32,000 bases of DNA from Planctopirus limnophila DSM 3776 (GTDB taxonomy: Bacteria; Planctomycetota; Planctomycetia; Planctomycetales; Planctomycetaceae). The notes beneath the pieces are model-generated. The model was not told where the DNA came from. It saw only the letters and a program-made list of their open reading frames with translations, and did no database searches. The stretch is taken from contig NC_014148.1 of assembly GCF_000092105.1 (NCBI RefSeq), positions 120,001-152,000 on the forward strand, read 5' to 3'. This document shows positions 8,882 to 14,993 of the stretch, in pieces; position 1 is the stretch's first letter; every line of letters starts with the position of its first letter. The translations under genes were made by a program, and so were the position numbers.

Positions 8882-8912
8882 AAAAAAACCCCGGTGCCAG
8901 CAGGCAACGGGG
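8882..8912 (-). terminator. Intrinsic terminator/attenuator hairpin plus U7 tract, 172 nt upstream of the leuA ATG
   Basis: The minus-strand RNA reads CCCCGUUGCC-UGCU-GGCACCGGGG, giving 9 bp with 1 mismatch and a 4-nt loop. It is followed directly by UUUUUUUA. Confidence 0.6.
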
Positions 8913-8935
8913 TCAAAATTCTGGTCATCAATCGA

Positions 8936-9007
8936 CTACAGATTCTCCCCCGTCCTGCGTAGTAGCAGGCTGGAAAATCGTAGTAGATTGAAGTTTTCTG
9001 GATGCAT
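8936..9007 (-). CDS. Candidate leucine leader peptide (23 codons) of a leuA attenuator
   Basis: The ORF is atg cat cca gaa aac ttc aat cta cta cga ttt tcc agc ctg cta cta cgc agg acg ggg gag aat ctg tag, encoding MHPENFNLLRFSSLLLRRTGENL. It has 6 Leu in 23 codons, 4 of them CUA. AAGGA lies 9 nt upstream of the ATG. The stop is 23 nt before the terminator hairpin. Confidence 0.4.
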   Translation of the reverse strand: MHPENFNLLRFSSLLLRRTGENL

Positions 9008-9029
9008 AGGGCTTTGTCCTTATGCCATA

Positions 9030-9058
9030 ACGCTAGAGACTCACCGGACGGAAGTCAA
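9030..9058 (-). promoter_or_regulatory. Putative sigma70-type promoter for the leuA leader (TTGACT - 17 nt - TAGCGT)
   Basis: On the minus strand TTGACT occupies 9058->9053 and TAGCGT occupies 9035->9030, with exactly 17 nt between them. This predicts a TSS about 16 nt upstream of the leader ATG. The call rests on pattern match only, and planctomycete promoter consensus is poorly defined. Confidence 0.3.
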
Positions 9059-9136
9059 GGGTTGGGTGTTGGGTGTTGGGTGTTGGGTGTTGGGTGTTGG
9101 GTGTTGGGTGTTGGGTGTTGGGTGTTGGGTGTTGGG
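9059..9136. repeat. Perfect tandem heptamer array (GGGTGTT)x10 flanked by GGGTT and GGG, giving 12 G3 tracts
   Basis: I counted copies directly: 9064-9133 holds ten exact GGGTGTT units, 9059-9063 is GGGTT and 9134-9136 is GGG. This array explains the artefactual GWVLGVGCWVLGVGC ORF at 8802..9185. Confidence 0.95.
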
Positions 9137-9249
9137 ATGGACACGGGAGGTTGAGTCTGGGTTCGGGGAACTGACATTCCATTGACCGCAGCTCAACCAA
9201 TGACAGTCCCATCTTGAAAACTGTTGGGCGACTGCCCGTTGGTCTGATT

Positions 9250-9282
9250 CAAATACCGAACATCAAATACCCAACACCCACC
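9250..9282. repeat. AC-rich arm complementary to the heptamer array, directly after the stop of the 832-aa gene
   Basis: The arm is CAAATACCGAACATCAAATACCCAACACCCACC. Its reverse complement GGTGGGTGTTGGGTATTTGATGTTCGGTATTTG can pair with the (GGGTGTT)n complement. It contains the 15-mer CAAATACCCAACACC (9264-9278), identical to 7108-7122. Confidence 0.65.
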
Positions 9283-9286
9283 TCTC

Positions 9287-11785
9287 TCATTCCCCATACA
9301 CCAGCCAGGTGGTGAACTTGCCATTTTGTGTCGCACGGGCGCGAATCCAGTAACCCACTGTGTCATCCGGGATCTGCTCCTCGACGGCTTTGCCCGCAGG
9401 AACAGCGATGGTCTTCCACTCGGTCCAGAGACCTGTTCCCGTCACATCGATTTCAATTGTCACATTCACAGCCTCCGCCTGATCATGCGAGAGCTCAACA
9501 CGCCGGTGGCGATAGCCCGTCAGCAGATAGGGATCACTGGGAACGTTCGCCGTCACCTGGCTGTTTTTCCATGGGCCGCCACTTCCTTTCGGTTGCCCCA
9601 AAGACCAGAGATCATCAACAGCACCCACCCACAGAGCACAAGCTCCATCCGTCGAGCGAACGACATGTGGACCGGCCGCTGCGTCATCTGCGACACCCGA
9701 AAGCACCAGCAAACCTCGATGACTTGCGTAGTCATCAATACTGTAAGGGTGCGTGGTCACGGGCCGAATCTTCGCCATTCCACTCGCGTTTTCAGCCGGC
9801 AGTTCAAAGAACGTCTGCCCGGCATGGAACAAGTCACGCTCCGTACAGACTTCCCGGCACACGCGCTGCGGGCCATAGCTACCCGAAGCCAGAGGTGCCT
9901 GCCAATCTCCCACAGGCAATCGCCAGCGGCCCGATGCATCCTCATACACAATCGATGCTTCATCCCGGCTGATGACATTCTGCGGAATGGCGACGTTTTT
10001 TGATGTCCAGGCCATACCGTCGGCATCATCGACTTTGGCCAGTGTGAGTGCACCAGTCTTTAGATCTGTTGTCAGATCGTAGCAGCCCGTCTGGCCGTTC
10101 GAGGTCCTGGCCACATACCGCAAAGAGCGAAAGTTCCCGCCGCGTGAATGAATCACACCACCCGACCGCTTCTCTGAACCAGCCAGCGATAACCCTTGAG
10201 CAAGATCACTCACGTTTTTTCGAGACTCTGCGGGAGGGTTCGATGAGCCAAAAGTTGCTGTCACATTTTCGATGGGCTGATCGGAAACCAGTCGGATCCA
10301 AACTCCCTGGAGATCGCGCGGCAGGCTCTCCCAGATCGTCGAGCGACCATTGGACGTCAAGGTTTTGTAAGTCGTCCATTCACCAGTTCCCGCTTTGTCG
10401 ACTTCCAGTCGAATGCTCGCCTGCAGAGGCTGCGGGCTGTGAATGACCAGTTGCCGATGGGTATAACCATCGATCAGATAGGGGTCGCTGGGTTGATTGG
10501 CCACGACGCTTTCATTGAGCCAGACCGAGCCTCGACCAATAACGGGCCCCAATTGATCAAGCTGCTCTCGATCAAGAAACCACAGGTTGGAGTGCGACTG
10601 ACCGGGTCCGGCAATTTCTCCCTTGGCCTTGCGCTTATTGAGAAACTCACTCTTTGCCGTGTCGTCGCATCCCAGAACGATCTTGTCGTTCCATGGGCAG
10701 AAGTCGCCCACGACCTTGAGATAATTGCTGCGCGGAGCAATGCCAGCCGAGTTACCCGGCGAGAATGTTCTGGGGAACTTCCAGAAATTTCCATGCATCG
10801 TGGCGAGCAGACTCTCTTCACCAATATCGCGAATACGCGGCCACTCGGTATTCCAGCCATGGGCTCCATCATAGCTGTGCGAAGCTTTAGGCAAGCGATA
10901 GGTGTGCCACTGACCTTTCTCACAGACCATGAGCAGAAGTGACTTAGCATCCCAGCCAAGACTCCAGATGGGTTGTGTCGAATTCGGATCATTGGAAACG
11001 ACCCCCGAGGGGCCGGTAACTTCGGTGAATTGATTACGCCGAATCAACTGCCAGTCAGTACCGGCCACACCATCAAAATACCCCAATGCTCCACTGGGAA
11101 CCGTGGGATCTTTGACGACGCGCGGATCGTGATCGCCGTTGTTGGCGTAAACGACAATCCCCTGCGAAGTGAATAAACCTTTGCCGTGATATCCAGGCAG
11201 TTTGGATGAGATGGCTTTCGAGAGATCAATGTCCAACTGCTCGGGCTTGAAGTTGTTGCCATCCCGGATCAGGCAGTTAATGTCGAGCGTCTTCAGATCG
11301 ACTTCGTAGAGCCCTTCTTCCATCGTCGCGAAATAGACTTTGGTTTGTGGACTCGACAGGTGCGTCGCATTCCCGGTCAGGCGGCCCGGCATCTTGTTGC
11401 GGGGGATCGTCCGTACTTTTCCATCAGCGTCGATCACATGGCTGCCAATGACGAGTTGATTGGTGGCTGCATGGATCATCCGATTGGCATTGGTGCCACC
11501 CACGCTTTCGGGCCGAACGATCTGCTGCAGTTCAGGCGTGACTTCATACAGTTTGTCGGATGATCTTAATGGCAGATGCGGGCCATAGGTAATGACCCAG
11601 AGCTTGCCACCAAACGGCACGACGGCTCCAGTACCACATTCTCCTTCGTCGTTGAACATCGCCAGGTGCGGATAGATCCCCGAGATCGGGGGTGCGACCT
11701 GCGGTCCTTGAGCCTTCGCATCACTTGTCAGAGCCCATAGCGAGAGCAGGCAAGCGGCGAACGTCCAGCGAGTACTGTCGATCAT
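9287..11785 (-). CDS. Secreted hypothetical protein (832 aa) with an internally duplicated ~95-aa domain
   Basis: The signal peptide is MIDSTRWTFAACLLSLWALTSDAKAQ. The long ORF is uninterrupted. Two related modules are present, GSVWLNESVVANQPSDPYLIDGYTHRQL...GTGEWTTYKTL...GVWIRL and GGPWKNSQVTANVPSDPYLLTGYRHRRV...GTGLWTEWKTI...GYWIRA. I do not recognise a named family. Confidence 0.85.
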   Translation of the reverse strand: MIDSTRWTFAACLLSLWALTSDAKAQGPQVAPPISGIYPHLAMFNDEGECGTGAVVPFGGKLWVITYGPHLPLRSSDKLYEVTPELQQIVRPESVGGTNANRMIHAATNQLVIGSHVIDADGKVRTIPRNKMPGRLTGNATHLSSPQTKVYFATMEEGLYEVDLKTLDINCLIRDGNNFKPEQLDIDLSKAISSKLPGYHGKGLFTSQGIVVYANNGDHDPRVVKDPTVPSGALGYFDGVAGTDWQLIRRNQFTEVTGPSGVVSNDPNSTQPIWSLGWDAKSLLLMVCEKGQWHTYRLPKASHSYDGAHGWNTEWPRIRDIGEESLLATMHGNFWKFPRTFSPGNSAGIAPRSNYLKVVGDFCPWNDKIVLGCDDTAKSEFLNKRKAKGEIAGPGQSHSNLWFLDREQLDQLGPVIGRGSVWLNESVVANQPSDPYLIDGYTHRQLVIHSPQPLQASIRLEVDKAGTGEWTTYKTLTSNGRSTIWESLPRDLQGVWIRLVSDQPIENVTATFGSSNPPAESRKNVSDLAQGLSLAGSEKRSGGVIHSRGGNFRSLRYVARTSNGQTGCYDLTTDLKTGALTLAKVDDADGMAWTSKNVAIPQNVISRDEASIVYEDASGRWRLPVGDWQAPLASGSYGPQRVCREVCTERDLFHAGQTFFELPAENASGMAKIRPVTTHPYSIDDYASHRGLLVLSGVADDAAAGPHVVRSTDGACALWVGAVDDLWSLGQPKGSGGPWKNSQVTANVPSDPYLLTGYRHRRVELSHDQAEAVNVTIEIDVTGTGLWTEWKTIAVPAGKAVEEQIPDDTVGYWIRARATQNGKFTTWLVYGE

Positions 11786-11847
11786 GGTGTTTTCTCGGAG
11801 TCGAATCTTGGAGGATTTCTTGTCACTTGCTGAAGGCAGAGATCCTG

Positions 11848-12150
11848 CTAACCGGCTGCCCAGAGGATGACCTGAATGACCACCAGCAATGAACAGATTT
11901 TGGGGACATTCGACCTGAGCTTTGAAGGTGGCAAGAGCAGAGTGAGTAGCGAGGTAATGACACAGGTACCCACAACCACAGGCGCTAGTAGTTGTAGAAG
12001 AGCCAGATAACGGGGATCGATCTGGTTACCGAGCATGGCCGTGATCGTAAAGACCACCTGAGCGAATACAGCGACCAGCAGAATGATGATGAGCCCGTAG
12101 ACGACGAAGTTCATCACACCTTTACCAGGAGCATCAGTTGGTGTTGTCAC
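11848..12150 (-). CDS. Small integral membrane protein (about 3 TM), hypothetical
   Basis: The hydrophobic segments are FVVYGLIIILLVAVFAQVVFTITAML, LALLQLLAPVVVGTCVITSLLTLLL and ICSLLVVIQVILWAA. The start is GTG with AAGGA 11 nt upstream. The gene is co-directional with its neighbours. Confidence 0.55.
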   Translation of the reverse strand: MTTPTDAPGKGVMNFVVYGLIIILLVAVFAQVVFTITAMLGNQIDPRYLALLQLLAPVVVGTCVITSLLTLLLPPSKLRSNVPKICSLLVVIQVILWAAG

Positions 12151-12216
12151 TGGTTGTCGTTCCTTAAATCAGGGGCATGAAAAGTTTGATTCGTGCAAGA
12201 TTCACCTGCGCGTTCG

Positions 12217-12702
12217 TCAGGTCAAAAGTGAGAAGACACCATCCAGCATGACCTGACTGCTCACATCGACTGCCAGTGACGCCCCGGGTCGAAACAGACT
12301 CTCAGGTGGCGAGGTCAGTTCAATCAGGTGGCCGTCGGGGTCATGTAGAAAGGTCTGCAAGGCACCATCGGGTCTGAGCTTGCAAGGGACGACAATTGGC
12401 ACCCCCTCTTGCTGCAGGAACTTTTCCGCGATGCGAACATCTGGCACTGCGAAAGCGATATGGTGCCCACGGGAAGATCTCCCACCACTCTGACCAGCCG
12501 GGCCAGAGCCCTCAAACTCGAGGATGGTATGAATCAGTGTGGAGCCTGCCTGAAACCACTGGCCTTGAAAAGAAAAGGCCGGGCGAGAGACTTCGGCCAT
12601 CCCAAGCATCTCGTGATAGAACCAGCGGCTACGCACCAGATCCTTCACCACGATGGTCACGTGGTCAATCTGTTTCACGTGGAATGGTCGGGGAGTGGAC
12701 AT
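12217..12702 (-). CDS. VOC family protein (glyoxalase/bleomycin resistance/dioxygenase fold)
   Basis: IDHVTIVVKDLVRSRWFYHEMLGM...GHHIAFAVPDVRIAEKFLQQEGVPIV...LQTFLHDPDGHLIEL shows the typical paired beta-alpha-beta-beta-beta VOC motifs. Confidence 0.85.
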   Translation of the reverse strand: MSTPRPFHVKQIDHVTIVVKDLVRSRWFYHEMLGMAEVSRPAFSFQGQWFQAGSTLIHTILEFEGSGPAGQSGGRSSRGHHIAFAVPDVRIAEKFLQQEGVPIVVPCKLRPDGALQTFLHDPDGHLIELTSPPESLFRPGASLAVDVSSQVMLDGVFSLLT

Positions 12703-12712
12703 GAGGAATTCA

Positions 12713-12848
12713 GTGTTTGGTGTTTGGAATTGGGTATTTGAGAAAGAGTTCTCTCCCTAGACCATCACCCTAACAATACACAATTTGAGTTCCAAACACC
12801 TTTCCCAACATCCAATACCAAACGCCAAATACCAACTCTCAAACACCA
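12713..12848. repeat. Third copy of the TG-rich/AC-rich inverted-arm element (TG arm 12713-12740, AC arm 12791-12848)
   Basis: The TG arm GTGTTTGGTGTTTGGAATTGGGTATTTG shares TTGGTGTTTGGA (12717-12728) exactly with 7029-7040. The AC arm is TCCAAACACCTTTCCCAACATCCAATACCAAACGCCAAATACCAACTCTCAAACACCAA and overlaps the last codons and stop of the MqnE-like gene. Confidence 0.6.
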
Positions 12849-13999
12849 ATCGTCTTCCCGTCACTTTCGATGGACCACTTCGCCCCCTCTCGAACGACCC
12901 GGCGGTAGAGCGTATCGCGTTCCACTGGCACTCGCCCGGCTTCCTGGATCAAGCGGTGCAGTTTGCTGACGGTCAAACCTTCGGGCGTTTTCGCACCTGC
13001 ATCGTGATAGATCAACTCGTGTACCACCGTCCCGTCGAGATCGTCGGCTCCAAAGCTTTGAGCGACCTGGGCCGTCTCTTCCCCCAGCATGATCCAGTAC
13101 GCTTTGATGTGGTCGAAGTTGTCGAGCATGAGTCGGGCCAGAGAGACCATGCGGAGATCCATCCGGGCCGTCGGCTTGGGAATGTGTGCCAGCTTGGTGT
13201 TGTCGGGATGAAAGGCGAGTGGGATGAAGGTCTGGAAACCACCGGTTTCATCCTGCAATGACCTGAGCCTCATGAGATGATCAAGCCGGTGCTCAGCCCG
13301 TTCGACATGCCCGTAGAGCATGGTGGCATTCGAACGGAGCCCGAGTTGATGGGCGGCTCTGTGAATGCGAATCCAGTTCTCGCCATCAGCCTTGTGCTCG
13401 CAGATTTGTGGGCGAACTTCGTCGTGGAAGATCTCGGCACCACCTCCGGGGAGACTCCCCAGGCCAGCGGCCTTCATCTCGGAAAGGACCCAGTCCACGG
13501 GCTTCTTGGTCAGGAATGAGAACCACGCGATTTCCACCGCAGTCCATGCCTTGATATGGATCTCGGGACAAGTCTCGTGCAGGACACGGATCAGGTTCAC
13601 ATACCAGTCAAACTTCTTCTGGTGATGCAACCCACCGACCACATGAATCTCTGTGGCTCCTCGGGACTGTGCTTCCAGAATGCGCTCGCGGGCCTGGTCG
13701 TCAGTAAAGGCGTAGGCTTTCTCATCGCGAAGGTCAGCCCGGAAGGCACAGAATCGACAGCGATAAACACAGACGTTGGTGGGATTGAGATGGATGTTGG
13801 TGTTGTAGAAAGTGATGTTGCCGTGACGCTTTTCACGCACTTCATTGGCCAGGCGACCCATCGCCATGAGGTCGGCCTCACGATCCAGAAAGAGACCATC
13901 TTCCAGAGTCAGTCGCTCACCTTGACGGACTCTGCGAGCGATCTCCAGAAATCGTGGATCATCCGGACGGGCTATCGCCTGCTGTTGCTGACTGACCAT
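12839..13999 (-). CDS. mqnE: Radical SAM menaquinone (futalosine pathway) enzyme, most like aminodeoxyfutalosine synthase MqnE (MqnE/MqnC/CofH family)
   Basis: The radical SAM cluster motif NPTNVCVYRCRFCAF is present, along with EIHVVGGLH, GSLPGGGAEIF, WIRIHRAAHQLGLRSNATMLYGHVE, LRSLQDETGGFQTFIPLAFHPDNT and DGTVVHELIYHDAGA...PVERDTLY. The MqnE versus MqnC assignment rests on my recollection of Streptomyces sequences and is not certain. Confidence 0.8.
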   Translation of the reverse strand: MVSQQQQAIARPDDPRFLEIARRVRQGERLTLEDGLFLDREADLMAMGRLANEVREKRHGNITFYNTNIHLNPTNVCVYRCRFCAFRADLRDEKAYAFTDDQARERILEAQSRGATEIHVVGGLHHQKKFDWYVNLIRVLHETCPEIHIKAWTAVEIAWFSFLTKKPVDWVLSEMKAAGLGSLPGGGAEIFHDEVRPQICEHKADGENWIRIHRAAHQLGLRSNATMLYGHVERAEHRLDHLMRLRSLQDETGGFQTFIPLAFHPDNTKLAHIPKPTARMDLRMVSLARLMLDNFDHIKAYWIMLGEETAQVAQSFGADDLDGTVVHELIYHDAGAKTPEGLTVSKLHRLIQEAGRVPVERDTLYRRVVREGAKWSIESDGKTIGV

Positions 14000-14294
14000 G
14001 ACGTGTTCCCTTACCTGTTTTGAATCGTTTCAGGATTCTAGGCAGGCGGCACACGTCCCGTCATCTGTCGTGAGGATTTCCTGTCGATGTGGCGGAATCT
14101 CGGTGGAGCTAAGGATGGGCGAATGGACTGATGATGGTCGAGGTGTTGTGATCTTGGGAGTTGGGTGGGACTCAAAACATGATGCTGAACGCTGCGAAGA
14201 CCACGCCCTTTCGCAAAGCCTCCAGGGACGTGCCACACGGAATTAGATGTCGGGGGGATCGCGAAGAACGCTGTGTTCCACGTGAAACTGCGAG

Positions 14295-14879
14295 TCAGAT
14301 TCCAGAGAAGGCCTGTCCGACTTCCATTTGAAACTCTTGGAGCGATGGCGATGTGAGTGTCTCACCCATGCGGAAGCGGATGGGATCGCGATCGAGCCGG
14401 TGCGATTCGATGAACCGGTCGGCAGGGGCCAAAGTGGGTTCGACCAGCCAGACTTCTTCGACGCCAATCTTCAGGTACTCAACCGCCTTCTCCAACAGGT
14501 CAGTCCAGCGGTTTGAAGGTGACCTGACCTCGATGCATAGCTCGGGAGCCGGGAGCAACGGACCTTCGGGAAGCACGTTCCCTTTGAGGCGTGCAAACGA
14601 AATGTAGAAGCCGTCAACGCCGCGAACGGTGTCTGGCTCAGACTTGGTTTGTAGAGCCGTCTCGTGCCCACCAGCCAGGCCGCTGTTATGAGTCCGAGCC
14701 CAGGTCGTCAAGAGATAGTTCAAATTGGAAATTACAATGGCATGACGCGGGGATGGCGGATTCATCTCGACAATGACTCCCTTGACCAGTTCACACGGTT
14801 GCTCGTCCGGAAGTGCCAGGAACTCAGCGGCCGTCATGCGCCTTGTCACTGGGCTCAGGGGAAGTTCGGCAATCGACAT
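14295..14879 (-). CDS. Uma2 family endonuclease (DUF820, PD-(D/E)xK fold)
   Basis: MTAAEFLALPDEQPCELVKGVIVEMNPPSPRHAIVISNLNYLL, VRGVDGFYISFARL and PELCIEVRSPSNRWTDLLEKAVEYLKIGVEEVWLVEP form the typical Uma2 pattern, including E-V-x-SPS. Confidence 0.85.
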   Translation of the reverse strand: MSIAELPLSPVTRRMTAAEFLALPDEQPCELVKGVIVEMNPPSPRHAIVISNLNYLLTTWARTHNSGLAGGHETALQTKSEPDTVRGVDGFYISFARLKGNVLPEGPLLPAPELCIEVRSPSNRWTDLLEKAVEYLKIGVEEVWLVEPTLAPADRFIESHRLDRDPIRFRMGETLTSPSLQEFQMEVGQAFSGI

Positions 14880-14993
14880 CGTTATGCCTCCTCGATTGAA
14901 GATTCACTCGCTCTCAGCCTACCACCTGGCGTGAGGTGTCGAAACCCCTTCAGTGCGGAGATGAAGTCGTGGGCCGGTGCACCGAATCCCGAT

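Noticed and set aside
9059-9136. Whether the tandem array could be a CRISPR array or a telomere-like repeat
   Set aside because: The 7-bp units are contiguous with no spacers, and no cas genes are present. The array lies internal to a gene-dense region between two co-directional genes, so it does not look like a replicon end.
8802-9185. 127-aa plus-strand ORF containing GWVLGVGCWVLGVGCWVLGVGC
   Set aside because: The repetitive peptide is simply the translation of the (GGGTGTT)n array. The ORF spans a terminator and an intergenic region and has no protein-like features.
7029-12848. Whether the TG/AC inverted-arm loci are MITEs or other mobile elements
   Set aside because: I could see no target-site duplications, no terminal inverted repeats of transposon type, and no transposase or integrase anywhere in the window. 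The arms are degenerate rather than copies of one element. I treat them as a REP-like structural repeat family.
14142-14169. TG-rich patch GGTGTTGTGATCTTGGGAGTTGGGTGGG resembling the TG-arm repeat family
   Set aside because: I found no complementary AC-rich partner nearby, it shares no exact core with the other loci, and it is not adjacent to a stop codon. It is probably a compositional coincidence.
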